From a bacterium (GTDB taxonomy: Bacteria; UBA10199; 2-02-FULL-50-16; JAJFLM01), in the NCBI GenBank assembly GCA_965216315.1, contig CBDCFN010000016.1:1440001-1504000 (forward strand): DNA of 64,000 nt, given 5' to 3'. Both the position numbers and the translations under genes were made by a program. Positions 1 through 10,677 of this stretch are shown here, piece after piece. The first letter of the stretch is position 1; every line of letters begins with the position of its first letter. Under the pieces are notes generated by a model. The model did not search any database. It saw only the letters and a list, made by a program, of their open reading frames with translations, and was not told where the DNA came from.

Positions 1-180
1 AGGTTCCCATGAGAATTGAAAAGGATCCTGGGTCGCCCCTAATTCCCCTCCCAGAAAAAGAAGCAATAGCAATACAAAATGGCGTCGTTTTATGCGCATC
101 AATCTCATTAGATCCATTTTTGACCGAAGAGTCCCTTCAATCTTGTTGACAAAAGCCTCTCTCAGTACGATTTTTAAACC

Positions 181-1086
181 ATGCGTAGTCTTAACAAAGC
201 CATTTTTCAATCGGCAGCACGGCTCGCCAAGAAAGCAAAGGCATCTGCCATGCTATATAGCCTCGACTGCCTTGACAAGCTTCCTAATGACGAACTGCCC
301 AAAACCACTCAGGATCTGACCCTTATTCCTGTCACGCAGCGAACGCCTGAGGAATTCGACAGTATGTTTAATGACCATGCCAAACACATACAATCTGGCG
401 TTGTCCATTTGCCGGCAGTTAATATGTCACGGATGAGTCATATAAAGATCTCTGTCGTCCATGCCATCTCCAAAGGACTTATTAACATGGGCGACAAAAT
501 TGTTTTCGTGACCGGGCTTCAAGGCTCCAAGGAACTAGACAGCATGGTCCTGATTGACACGAGTAAAGAATCTGAAGTCATGACTGCCCACGGCGTCGAC
601 AGAATCGTTCAATCAGTCACACAAGAAGTCTTTCAGGCCGTACTCAACCTAGCGTTGGAACTCGCCCATCGGGGGCGGGAAGGTAAACCCATCGGAACGA
701 TATTTGTTCTGGGTGATGAAGAGCGAGTCATGCAACTCTCCAAACAAATGGTTATCAACCCATTCAAGGGGTACACCGAAGAAGAGAGCAATATTCTCAA
801 CCTCGACCTCAAAGAAACGATTCGCGAATTTTCCGCCATTGATGGAGCTTTCATAATCGGTGCGAACGGCCACGTGCTCGCCGCCGGACGCTATCTCAAT
901 GCAGCCAGCGAAGAAGAAAGCGTACCACGGGGCTTGGGATCGCGACATATGGCTGCCGGGGGAATCACTGCCTTGACAAATGCGGTTGCAATTGTCATAG
1001 CCGAGTCCTCTGGAGACGTCCGAATCTTCAAGAATGGCCGGATCATTATGGAGATTGAGAAGTCACAGAGCCCGAAGTCAATATAG
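181..1086 (+). CDS. Diadenylate cyclase (DisA_N/DAC domain) with N-terminal pyruvate-kinase-C-like domain, DacZ-like
   Basis: GTIFVLGD, EFSAIDGAF (DGA motif) and GLGSRHMAA (RH motif) of DAC domains; the N-terminal GLINMGDKIVFVTG resembles PK_C. Confidence 0.85.
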   Translation: MRSLNKAIFQSAARLAKKAKASAMLYSLDCLDKLPNDELPKTTQDLTLIPVTQRTPEEFDSMFNDHAKHIQSGVVHLPAVNMSRMSHIKISVVHAISKGLINMGDKIVFVTGLQGSKELDSMVLIDTSKESEVMTAHGVDRIVQSVTQEVFQAVLNLALELAHRGREGKPIGTIFVLGDEERVMQLSKQMVINPFKGYTEEESNILNLDLKETIREFSAIDGAFIIGANGHVLAAGRYLNAASEEESVPRGLGSRHMAAGGITALTNAVAIVIAESSGDVRIFKNGRIIMEIEKSQSPKSI

Positions 1087-1107
1087 GTATTTAAGGAGTT
1101 TGTTACC

Positions 1108-1338
1108 ATGGCTGAACTTGAAAAAAACCGCCTCGACTATCGCGTCCGAACGCTTAACATCAAGCGCGGACGCATCACACGTGAAGACATTGATCAGCAC
1201 ATTGCTGAACTGCCGGATGACAGTGAATGGGCGGTCGAACATGCCGTCTATGAAGAAGAAACCGAAGTCACCCTCGATGAGTTGGCGCTAGGAGAAGTGA
1301 GCAGCGACCCTTTCTCTACCGAATCCGAAAACACCTGA
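1108..1338 (+). CDS. Small acidic hypothetical protein
   Basis: Strong RBS AAGGAG, follows the DAC gene directly; the LDYRVRTLNIKRGRITRED...LPD pattern is protein-like. Confidence 0.7.
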   Translation: MAELEKNRLDYRVRTLNIKRGRITREDIDQHIAELPDDSEWAVEHAVYEEETEVTLDELALGEVSSDPFSTESENT

Positions 1339-1985
1339 TCAAACGCATTCAGCATGACAGCTAGGATCTCTTGGGTCTCGATGACTTTCCCCATTTCCTG
1401 ATAAATAGAACTAACAGGCAGTTTTGCACCACAGGGAATGATCCAATCGTAATACTCCAGCTGTGGATTGACATTTATAGAAAAACCATGTCGTGAAATT
1501 CCGCGGCTAATATGAAAACCCAGCGACGCAAGCTTAGACCCGTTAACCCAGAGCCCGGGCCTACCTTCCAATCGTTCCGAGTCAATTCCTATGCGACGCA
1601 AACCTATTCGCATCGATTCCTCGACATGCCATACAAATTCGGGGACTGATAAGTGCCGCGCCTTGAGATCAAAGATCATATACCCAACCAACTGACCTGG
1701 ACCATGATAAGTAATCTGGCCACCTCTATCACACGAGCAGATCTTAATCGATCTCTCGAGGCATTGAGCTGAACTGATCAAAATATCTTTTTGAGAAGCC
1801 GAACGTCCCAGAGTATAGGTATGCGGATGCTCAAGCAGTAATAGCGTATCGCTTACTTCTCCTTGCAACCGCTGCGCTTCGATTTCTCGTTGCAACGTGT
1901 CCGCAGCCTCATAATCGAGACACCCGAGCCAGGAGAAACGAAACGATGAATCATTAGGCTGTTCGAATATCACGTGTTGTTTCAT
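1248..1985 (-). CDS. lipB: Lipoyl(octanoyl) transferase
   Basis: LLLEHPHTYTLGR, DRGGQITYHGPGQLVGY, KLASLG, HGFSINV, IIPCG; start moved to MKQHV. Confidence 0.93.
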   Translation of the reverse strand: MKQHVIFEQPNDSSFRFSWLGCLDYEAADTLQREIEAQRLQGEVSDTLLLLEHPHTYTLGRSASQKDILISSAQCLERSIKICSCDRGGQITYHGPGQLVGYMIFDLKARHLSVPEFVWHVEESMRIGLRRIGIDSERLEGRPGLWVNGSKLASLGFHISRGISRHGFSINVNPQLEYYDWIIPCGAKLPVSSIYQEMGKVIETQEILAVMLNAFDQVFSDSVEKGSLLTSPSANSSRVTSVSSS

Positions 1986-3051
1986 GCGGTCCAATCCATT
2001 CCTTGAGATACCCTTCAGCATGACCCTCATCGTCAATGTCCAGTAATACGTAGGTCAGCCGAATAATGCGGCCCAGATGAGCCGGATCAAGGCTTAAGCG
2101 CTCTGTCCAGGTACCGCAATTGAGATAAAGCTTGTCAGGCCCATAATAAGAGCGGCGATAACCATGCGAGTGGCCGAACACAAGGATCCTCAAACCCGGG
2201 TTCGTCAGGAGGATTTTCTTGGCAGCGCGATCTAAGTTGGAGTCAATCGCCACTTCCTTGAGTAACTGCAGTGTCCTCCAGAAGGATGAATGACGTCTTT
2301 TTGAATGAACGAATCGAAGTGAGACAAAATAATAAAGTATTTTAGCGAAACTTTTTAACGCAAAAAAAGTTTCATGAATAAATGCCCATCGAAAAAAATA
2401 TCTCATTGGATAGATTCGAGAAAAATAAGGGCGATCTTTACGGACCTTATTCACGTAATGAATCACAAAATAACAACCCCATGGCATATTTACTATAGGC
2501 TCTGAAAGACCTTTCGTCAGAAAATAGCGCTTCTCATTAAACGCACTATCCGCTTGATAACGATGACCGTGCTCTACACGAACTCCATTAAACTCGTAAG
2601 GTTCCAAACGAACATGAACCTCACCTCCAATAGCTTCTTGCAAGACTTTATGAACGCCGGGCCAGAGCAAACCCGCATCATGATTTCCAAGCATGAAACT
2701 GATGCGATGATTAGGCAACTGATTAAAGCACTTAAAAGCCTCGAACATCTCCGAATGCCCAGCAATAATTTTTTTTTGCCGCTCAACAGCAACCCGCTCG
2801 GTCATCATGTCGGGATTCGCTTGTCCGGGTACAACCTCTAGATGTTCAAAAAAATCCCCATTAAGAATGATTTCAAAATCCTTCTCCGCCCACTCACCTG
2901 TCGAATAATGGGTAATAAGCTCTATGAAAGCGTCATCATAGAAAAAGTTTTCAAGATAATTCGTCGTTCCATCAGGAAACCGGCGCCCCCCTCCTACATG
3001 AAAATCACTGACAACCAGTTTATAACTCTTGTTCGCCTTCTTGTTTCTCAA
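1954..3051 (-). CDS. Calcineurin-like metallophosphoesterase
   Basis: VSDFH, LNGDFF, GNHD, EHGH and FGHSH motifs; likely TTG start after GGAG. Confidence 0.85.
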   Translation of the reverse strand: MRNKKANKSYKLVVSDFHVGGGRRFPDGTTNYLENFFYDDAFIELITHYSTGEWAEKDFEIILNGDFFEHLEVVPGQANPDMMTERVAVERQKKIIAGHSEMFEAFKCFNQLPNHRISFMLGNHDAGLLWPGVHKVLQEAIGGEVHVRLEPYEFNGVRVEHGHRYQADSAFNEKRYFLTKGLSEPIVNMPWGCYFVIHYVNKVRKDRPYFSRIYPMRYFFRWAFIHETFFALKSFAKILYYFVSLRFVHSKRRHSSFWRTLQLLKEVAIDSNLDRAAKKILLTNPGLRILVFGHSHGYRRSYYGPDKLYLNCGTWTERLSLDPAHLGRIIRLTYVLLDIDDEGHAEGYLKEWIGPHETTRDIRTA

Positions 3052-3619
3052 CTTGACTCCGTAGTACGCGTAGGCCAATGGCCGTATAATGAAAACCTGA
3101 CGCAACCGTTAAAACACTTGCTGCTATTATGGCCCATGGAAGCGCATCTGCAAAAAACAAAATCCACTCCGGCAGCTGAAATCCGGCATTTCGCGTGGCG
3201 ACGGCAAAACCAAAAGAAATCGTGAGAATCTGCGATAAAGTCGTCAACTTGGATAAGATCGACGGACGCAATCGTGCATTGGCCGACCGCGACCATAAAT
3301 AGAAAAGCCCTAATACGATATAGAGATCCCGCCCGACGATAATCGCCATAAGCCACCATGGCAGTATCTCTTGGATCGTCAGCAGGCTGACACCCGCGAG
3401 CATCATCAATTTATCTGCCGCGGGGTCGATGATAGCGCCAAAACGGCTTTTTTGATTCAAGAGCCGTGCGATTGTTCCATCAATCATATCTGTGACCGCC
3501 GCGGCGACAAAGAGCGTTAACGCCCAGGGCCAATCATTTTGGAGCCCGGCTGAGAAAAAGAAAACCGTCAATACCATCCGGCCAAACGTTAAAATATTGG
3601 GGATTGTGAGTGCGTGCAT
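3020..3619 (-). CDS. CDP-alcohol phosphatidyltransferase (PgsA/cardiolipin-synthase-like)
   Basis: TIPNILTFGR and the DMIDGTIAR...GAIIDPAADK signature; multiple TM helices. Confidence 0.9.
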   Translation of the reverse strand: MHALTIPNILTFGRMVLTVFFFSAGLQNDWPWALTLFVAAAVTDMIDGTIARLLNQKSRFGAIIDPAADKLMMLAGVSLLTIQEILPWWLMAIIVGRDLYIVLGLFYLWSRSANARLRPSILSKLTTLSQILTISFGFAVATRNAGFQLPEWILFFADALPWAIIAASVLTVASGFHYTAIGLRVLRSQVEKQEGEQEL

Positions 3620-3623
3620 TTTT

Positions 3624-4880
3624 CTATGGGGACTCGATGTAATCAGCAAATTTCCCTAAAAATTTGGGTCCTAACTCCGCCGTCAGGCGTATACACTGGC
3701 CGCTGTCTTCCTGACTAAGCACTCGACAGGACCGATAGATTTCATGAAGCACCCCGCCGGCGGCATACGGCAACGACAACGTCACTTTAGTCGCCTCTCC
3801 TGCCAGAAAAGCATCAACACTTTCAAGTAAATCTTCAATTCCCATGCCCGTATGAGCAGAAACCTTCAGAGATAAACCTTCATTGTGGAGCGCAAGCGGT
3901 ATCTCAGGGCTACAGTCCATTTTATTAAACACACGTATGATCGGTGTTTCGTGAAACCCTAGTTCATCGAGAACACTTTCTACCGTCTGCACCTGTTCCT
4001 CAACATTTGGTTCCGGTGTATCAATAACATGCAACAATAAACGCGCTCCGCCAATTTCTCTCAGCGTCGCCTTGAATGCCTCAATAAGCTGATGAGGCAA
4101 CTTTCGGACAAAACCGACCGTATCTGCAAGCAAACACTGGCGACCACTGGGAAGCCGAACACGACGCACCGTCGGGTCTAGAGTTGCAAACAGAGCATCC
4201 TCAACAAGTACGTCAGCAGCGGTTAAGCGATTGAGTAATGATGATTTACCGGCATTCGTATACCCTACAAGCGAGATCAATGGAATAGGAACTTTCTGGC
4301 GCCGCTTGCGTTGTAAGTCTCTTTGTCTTTCTACTTTGCGCAACTCACGCTTGAGTCGTGTCATCCTCTCACGCAGGCGTCGCCGCTCCATCTCTAACAG
4401 GGTTTCACCAGGACCTAAAGTACCGATGCCACCAGCCAACCGACTCCAGTGACTCACCTGCCCGACTAAGCGAGGCAACAAGTAGCTCAACTGCGCCAAT
4501 TCAACTTGGAGCTTCCCTTCCCGGGTCGTTGCATGGCGCGCAAAAATATCCAAAATCAGCCCCGTACGGTCCAAGACTTTAACATTCAGTCTGCTTTCAA
4601 GATTTCTATTCTGGGAGGGTGAAAGTTCATGGTCAAAAATGACCGCCTGCACTTGCTCTGTTTTGACACGCTCGGCGATTTCAGCAACCTTACCGGCGCC
4701 CAGATAGGTTGCCGAGTCAATGCCATCACGCTTTTGAACGACTTCAGCGACAACGTTTCCACCGGCAGTCGCGACTAATCTTTCCAGCTCGCGCATCGAC
4801 GCTCCCAAGCCATTGCCGGATTCAGGAACACGTGCGGCAAGCAGGATACGTTCACTTATCTTTTTTTCATTATTTATCAA
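3624..4880 (-). CDS. hflX: Ribosome rescue GTPase HflX
   Basis: LILDIFARHA, EGKLQVELAQL, GYTNAGKSS, LFATLDPT, DTVGF, NKMD. Confidence 0.96.
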   Translation of the reverse strand: MINNEKKISERILLAARVPESGNGLGASMRELERLVATAGGNVVAEVVQKRDGIDSATYLGAGKVAEIAERVKTEQVQAVIFDHELSPSQNRNLESRLNVKVLDRTGLILDIFARHATTREGKLQVELAQLSYLLPRLVGQVSHWSRLAGGIGTLGPGETLLEMERRRLRERMTRLKRELRKVERQRDLQRKRRQKVPIPLISLVGYTNAGKSSLLNRLTAADVLVEDALFATLDPTVRRVRLPSGRQCLLADTVGFVRKLPHQLIEAFKATLREIGGARLLLHVIDTPEPNVEEQVQTVESVLDELGFHETPIIRVFNKMDCSPEIPLALHNEGLSLKVSAHTGMGIEDLLESVDAFLAGEATKVTLSLPYAAGGVLHEIYRSCRVLSQEDSGQCIRLTAELGPKFLGKFADYIESP

Positions 4881-4951
4881 TGACTTAGAGAAGCCTCCTT
4901 TAGTACTTCATTATATCTACTCTAATTATAAGAACGCGCCTCCCGCTTTGT

Positions 4952-7900
4952 CTAGTGCAGCTGCGTCACAGGGGTCCCGAAAAGTCGGTCGACTGCACTC
5001 ACCAAGTCATCCGAGGGTTGGGCATTGAGCTCTTCCGGCAGGGTTAGAACCGTCTCGCCACGTCGTGGATCGCTCAAATGAATATAAGTCGGCGTAAAAC
5101 CGCGATGAGATTCGAGTATTTTGCGTAAATGCTCTAATTGTTGCTTCGAGACACTAGGTACGCGTAGCTGAATATGCACGCCGCTCACACTCGCACCTTG
5201 TTTCGCATCCGTTAAGAGACATATATCCCGCCCAATAATCTTGCAGGTCTCCTCCCCTACATCCAAGTTGCCGGTGACAAAAATAGGATCATCCTGTTTT
5301 AGCAAGGACCCCCGCTTTTTAAACAATTCCGGAAACACAACGACCTCTACGGTCCCTTTTAGATCTTCCAGGGTCATAAAGGCCATTCGATCGCCCTTTT
5401 TCGTCACAATTTCACGCATCGCCGCAACGACACCACCCAACCTTACCGAGGCTTTATCGCCCATTTCTCTCATGCTGATCGTGTCCGTGTTACCGGCACC
5501 GGACAACTCTTTCTGGAATTCCTTGAGAGGGTGTCCACTGAGATAAAAGCCCAGGGCCTCTTTTTCATAGGATAGCATTTCACGAAGCGGCCACTCTTCA
5601 ATCGCCTTGCGTTGAGAGGTATGCAGTTCAAGTCCACCCCCATCCAACATCTGATCAAACAGAGATGACTGGCCACTGGCTCTTTCCTTCTGGTAACGAG
5701 CCGCCTCTTCCAAACAATCGTCTAATTCACTGATATGCTGTGCCCTCGAGATACCCATTGAGTCAAAGGCCCCGCTTTTGATTAAACTCTCAATCACCTT
5801 GCGGTTCACTCGCCGGGTATCAACTTCATTACAAAAATGGCTTAATGATTCAAAACGGCCGAGATTATTTCTTACCTCAATGAAGGACTCAATGGCCGCT
5901 TCACCAACGTTTTTGACGGCATTAAGTCCATAACGAATATTTTTAGCATCAACGACACCAAAACCAATATAACTTTCGTTAATATCAGGTGGGAGTACAT
6001 TGACACCCAAACCACGGCACTCATTAATGTAGTAGAGTATCTTATCCGTATTTCCCATTTCATGAGACAAGACCGCCGCCATATATTCCACCGGATAATG
6101 GGCGCGCAAATAAGCTGTCTGATAGGAAATTAATGCATAAGCCGCACTATGAGACTTATTAAATCCATACTCGGCAAACTTAGCCATTAAATCGAAAACC
6201 TCGGCGGCCTTCTTTCTATCGAGCTCGTTCTGCTTGGCGCCCTCAAGAAAGCGTTTTCGTTGCCGAGACATTTCTTCTTTCTTCTTCTTACCCATCGCGC
6301 GACGAAGAATATCGGCTTCGCCGAGCGAATAATTCGCCAGACGAGAGGCAATCTTCATGACTTGCTCTTGGTAAACAATGACTCCATAAGTATCCGCCAA
6401 GATATCCGTCAGCTCTTTCATGATATGTTTGACTTTGATCTGGCCATGCTTTCGTTTAATGAAATCATCAACCATCCCCGACCCAAGTGGGCCAGGACGA
6501 TAGAGGGCTACCAACGCAATCAGATCCTCAAAACAAGATGGTTTCAACTTAACGATAAGATCACGCATTCCGGATGATTCTAACTGGAAAACACCGCCGG
6601 TTTCGCCTGCACTCAGCTTCTTATAAACTTCCTCGTCATCCATCGGTAGGCGCTGAATATCTATCTGCTTTTCATGGGTTCTATTGATAATCTTAAGGGC
6701 CTGATCAATGACTGAAAGTGTTTTCAAGCCAAGAAAGTCGAACTTAATGAGACCAACTTTCTCGACGTTCACCATGTCATACTGAGTCACAATATCTTCA
6801 TTGTTACCCTTATAAAGAGGAAGATAGTTGTCGAGATTGGTATCTGAAATAACGATACCTGCAGCGTGCGTCGAAGCATGCCGGACAAGCCCTTCTAAAC
6901 GACCCGCAATCTTCATGAGCTCAGCGACCTGGGGATCACTTTTTTCCATCTCTCCGAGGCGTGGTTCTTGTTTATGCGCCAACTCCAGTGTCATCCCCAA
7001 CGTGTTCGGAATAAGTTTGGCTATCTTATCAACATCACCATACGGCAACCCCATGACGCGACCAACATCGCGAATAACCGCCTTGGCCTTCATGGTTCCG
7101 AAAGTAATAATCTGAGAGACATGGCCATACTTATCACGAACATACTGGATGACCTCATCGCGGCGGTGCATGCAAAAATCAATATCCACATCGGGCATGC
7201 TTACCCGTTCTGGATTAAGAAACCGCTCAAAGAGGAGATCATAAGGAATCGGGTCAATATCGGTGATCTTAATCGCGTAAGCCACCAAACTGCCCGCGGC
7301 AGAACCCCGCCCCGGCCCGACGGGAATACCTTGCTGCTTGGCGAACTGAATGAAATCCGCAACAATCAAGAAATAACCGGCAAAGCCCATCTGCTCGATA
7401 ATCTTAAGCTCGGTTTCTAGTCGTTCTTTATACTCCTGCGCTTTAACCTCCCTGTCCGCCTCGGGAAGAGCTGATAAAATGACATCGAGGCGTTCTGCCA
7501 GGCCCTCTCTCGATTGCTCGGCCAAACACTGTTCCAGAGTTTTTTTCGGGGGAGCCTCATACTTTGGGAAATACCGCTTTGAAAAGTCCATATCGAAGTC
7601 ACAGCGTTCCGCCACTTCAAGCGTCCTATCCAATACATCCGGCCTTCCAGCGAATTCCTGTGAGATTTCGTCTACCGATTTGAGATAGAAATCATCACTC
7701 CCAAAGCGCATCCGGCTTTCATCTTGTAAAGTTTTACCCGTCTGAATACAGAGGAGAGCTTCATGTGCACGGTTATCTTCTTTATGAAGATAATGGCAGT
7801 CATTCGTGGCGACTACCGGAAGATCATGTTGCGACGCGAGCTCTAAGAGTATTTTGTTAACACTTAGTTGATGGTCTAACGAATTGGCCTGCACTTCGAT

Positions 7901-8431
7901 ATAATAGCGATCATCAAAAATTTCCCGGAATTCTTGGATACATTTAACAGCGTCTTCTGTTCTCCCACCTTGCAAGTAGCCGCATAGCTCACCGGACAAA
8001 CAACCCGATAGTGCAATCAAGCCCTTTGAATTTTCACGTAATAACTCTTTGTCAATACGGGGTTTGTAATAAAACCCTTCTAAGTAACCTGCCGTTACCA
8101 TCTTACACAGGTTCCGATAACCTTCCGATGACTGCACAATGAGAGTGAGGTGATTATAGGGGTCATAACCTTTTTTAACTTTCTTATCGAAACGGCTTCC
8201 CGTCGACTCGATATAGACTTCACAGCCAAGTATCGGCTTTATCCCCTGAGCCGTCATGGTCTGAAAGAATTCAACCGCCCCAAACATGTTGCCGTGATCC
8301 GTCATCGCCACGGCAGGCATATTAAATTTCTTCACTTGCTCGGCGAGCTGCTTGATACGAATCGCCCCGTCGAGCAGGCTATATTCGGTATGCAGATGTA
8401 AATGGACGAAATTCGCTGGCTTTTGAGTCAC
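4952..8431 (-). CDS. dnaE: DNA polymerase III alpha subunit
   Basis: FVHLHLHTEYSLLDGA PHP domain, GPGRGSAAGS, MPDVDIDF, YGFNKSH, C-terminal OB fold; likely GTG start. Confidence 0.98.
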   Translation of the reverse strand: MTQKPANFVHLHLHTEYSLLDGAIRIKQLAEQVKKFNMPAVAMTDHGNMFGAVEFFQTMTAQGIKPILGCEVYIESTGSRFDKKVKKGYDPYNHLTLIVQSSEGYRNLCKMVTAGYLEGFYYKPRIDKELLRENSKGLIALSGCLSGELCGYLQGGRTEDAVKCIQEFREIFDDRYYIEVQANSLDHQLSVNKILLELASQHDLPVVATNDCHYLHKEDNRAHEALLCIQTGKTLQDESRMRFGSDDFYLKSVDEISQEFAGRPDVLDRTLEVAERCDFDMDFSKRYFPKYEAPPKKTLEQCLAEQSREGLAERLDVILSALPEADREVKAQEYKERLETELKIIEQMGFAGYFLIVADFIQFAKQQGIPVGPGRGSAAGSLVAYAIKITDIDPIPYDLLFERFLNPERVSMPDVDIDFCMHRRDEVIQYVRDKYGHVSQIITFGTMKAKAVIRDVGRVMGLPYGDVDKIAKLIPNTLGMTLELAHKQEPRLGEMEKSDPQVAELMKIAGRLEGLVRHASTHAAGIVISDTNLDNYLPLYKGNNEDIVTQYDMVNVEKVGLIKFDFLGLKTLSVIDQALKIINRTHEKQIDIQRLPMDDEEVYKKLSAGETGGVFQLESSGMRDLIVKLKPSCFEDLIALVALYRPGPLGSGMVDDFIKRKHGQIKVKHIMKELTDILADTYGVIVYQEQVMKIASRLANYSLGEADILRRAMGKKKKEEMSRQRKRFLEGAKQNELDRKKAAEVFDLMAKFAEYGFNKSHSAAYALISYQTAYLRAHYPVEYMAAVLSHEMGNTDKILYYINECRGLGVNVLPPDINESYIGFGVVDAKNIRYGLNAVKNVGEAAIESFIEVRNNLGRFESLSHFCNEVDTRRVNRKVIESLIKSGAFDSMGISRAQHISELDDCLEEAARYQKERASGQSSLFDQMLDGGGLELHTSQRKAIEEWPLREMLSYEKEALGFYLSGHPLKEFQKELSGAGNTDTISMREMGDKASVRLGGVVAAMREIVTKKGDRMAFMTLEDLKGTVEVVVFPELFKKRGSLLKQDDPIFVTGNLDVGEETCKIIGRDICLLTDAKQGASVSGVHIQLRVPSVSKQQLEHLRKILESHRGFTPTYIHLSDPRRGETVLTLPEELNAQPSDDLVSAVDRLFGTPVTQLH

Positions 8432-8631
8432 GTTGTTGGCTTTACAACAAGCGCCGCTCAAAAGAGCAATTCACTTCTAAGTCCCCCCTATTTTTCAATT
8501 AGTTACGGCCACTTTAGAAGCAAAAATATAGCTAAGGAAATTCCTTGATCAGCCGGAAAAATGCCCGTTCGCAAGTTTTCGCAAGACATTTGACACACCG
8601 AATCATGATTTCTGCCGATGAGGAGTACGCC

Positions 8632-10677
8632 ATGAATGCGCCTGCGACCAACATGACGTCAATACTCGCCCAGCTGGGCCAACTGGCCGGGGGAACCATT
8701 GCGCTCAATTCGAATCCCAATTTAAATCAGCACAACGCAGCGATACCGGGTCTCCCTCTGGACCGGCAAAGTGAAGTGGCAGACGCCGTTGAAGTCTTAG
8801 AAGTCGTCACCTTATCAATGAATGATGTCTTCACGGATGTCGCTAAAGATATAGCCAGTTTTGTGGATGTGACTGAGACGGGGACATCGCGCACGGCTTA
8901 CACAGCATCTGCTGACGTCAAGACTACCCCCGTACGGACCCAAGAATCCGACCAGAGTCCAGTCGCCCTCATCAGCAGTCAACTACGAAGGCTTCACTGG
9001 CAGGGCACCGTCACCCCTTCAACCTTTTCAACCTTTCTGGTCGGACAATCACTGTCATTCCCATCAGCACATTTATTAGCAAGGACACTACCCGCAACAA
9101 CAATAGCTGAACCCAATGCTACTCCAGTAGCAAACGAGAGCAACCAAGGTCATTCAACTCTTCCAGCGCCGACAATATCAACACCGACAACCGCAACAGT
9201 CTCAACTCCAAGAGTCGATGACTCACAAACGATTACAGATACTCCTTCCTTGCCGCCCGTTGCACCGAACGCATCACCTCACCATGAAGAAACGCGAACG
9301 GCACCAAGCCCACATAATAATATTCCACAGCTCTCTACCCCCTTTGGGCGTCACGTACTAACGGTCGCGCTAAATGATTATCAGAGCACGTTATTTTTGA
9401 GAGAGCTACAACATCGAGATCCTCACGGCACCACCGAACCCTCGGAAGCTGACACCGTCAGCACCCCCATTCCATCTATTCCGCATAGCGATTCAATTCC
9501 GGTCAGCCTCCAAGATGGAGCGATCATGTTGGGGGCGCGTGCCATTTTACCTAATGAAGCCCCTGAAGCTGCCAACGATAATGCCTATGCCATCCCTTAC
9601 TCGGGCGTTGCACATCGCCTCGCACCGATTATTCATCTCAGGCGCTTTCTTGAAACCAGGCAGCCCCTATCCGAAGCCATCAACACCGCCAGGGGAGCCG
9701 AAGGATTCGAACCAACTCAATCGGCGACTGTCGTTGCTTTACCTTCCAGCAGGTCAACCGCCGCGGCCATACCGGCCGAATTCCCGATGGCGCTTTATGA
9801 GCGTTATGGGGCACGGCCCTCTCAAGAGACTCTTTCTTTATATAATCTGGCGCGCTCTACCCGAGCTGATGCCCTGCAAATAGCCCTGGATACACCTTAT
9901 CACCCCACTGACTTAAATAATCATCGCTCTGCTGATTTTTCATCGGCCTTGGGCGTTCAAGCACAATCCCAGTTTCAGGAGTCCGAGACACCTTTAAGCG
10001 CCGAAGATGCCGAACTCAGGGCGACTATTATGAGCGCCCTTGATGAAGCAGGTTTTTTGAATGAAGATAATAGCATTCGCCCCCTGCGAGATGTCACCGA
10101 AGGCACGATCTTGATCGATTTATTAACGCGTCTGACTCCGGAAGATCATGATCTCTTCGACATACTCGAAAAGATCGAACTCAAATGGAATATGGGCTTT
10201 GGTGAATGGCTGGATGTAAAGGACATTAACGGAACGTTGAGAACCTACTCTTTTTGGGCCGAACGCGAAGGAAGCAAAGAGGCTTCATTGATCCATCCTG
10301 CCGGCGGTCGCGCCAATATTGTCATGCAAGTCAATGACCTATTCGATCACATGCCGGTTAATGAGATTCTCGATTTCCTCAGAATAAACCAAGAAGGCTT
10401 TACTGCCATGAGCAAGGCCCAAAGTGCGGAAGATCTGATTAAGGCCATTCCCCCGCAATCAATTCTCGCCAGGTTGTTAACAGAAATACACTACATGAAA
10501 ATCTTCTTAAAACGTCCGCGTTGGCTCGAACGTCTCTTTGGTGATCGCGGCCCCGAATACCGCCAAAACCACGAAGACCGACTCAGAAAGCTCAACGAAC
10601 TCACCGAATCCGCCGTCATTCGCTGTTTGAGATTACTTGTAGGAATGGGTCAAAAACAGAAAAGACGTTCCGCCTAG
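8632..10677 (+). CDS. Large orphan protein with Pro/Thr/Ser/Ala-rich low-complexity N-terminal half and globular C-terminal part
   Basis: ~680 open codons; AGGAG RBS before ATG 8632; no recognisable motif or signal peptide. Confidence 0.7.
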   Translation: MNAPATNMTSILAQLGQLAGGTIALNSNPNLNQHNAAIPGLPLDRQSEVADAVEVLEVVTLSMNDVFTDVAKDIASFVDVTETGTSRTAYTASADVKTTPVRTQESDQSPVALISSQLRRLHWQGTVTPSTFSTFLVGQSLSFPSAHLLARTLPATTIAEPNATPVANESNQGHSTLPAPTISTPTTATVSTPRVDDSQTITDTPSLPPVAPNASPHHEETRTAPSPHNNIPQLSTPFGRHVLTVALNDYQSTLFLRELQHRDPHGTTEPSEADTVSTPIPSIPHSDSIPVSLQDGAIMLGARAILPNEAPEAANDNAYAIPYSGVAHRLAPIIHLRRFLETRQPLSEAINTARGAEGFEPTQSATVVALPSSRSTAAAIPAEFPMALYERYGARPSQETLSLYNLARSTRADALQIALDTPYHPTDLNNHRSADFSSALGVQAQSQFQESETPLSAEDAELRATIMSALDEAGFLNEDNSIRPLRDVTEGTILIDLLTRLTPEDHDLFDILEKIELKWNMGFGEWLDVKDINGTLRTYSFWAEREGSKEASLIHPAGGRANIVMQVNDLFDHMPVNEILDFLRINQEGFTAMSKAQSAEDLIKAIPPQSILARLLTEIHYMKIFLKRPRWLERLFGDRGPEYRQNHEDRLRKLNELTESAVIRCLRLLVGMGQKQKRRSA

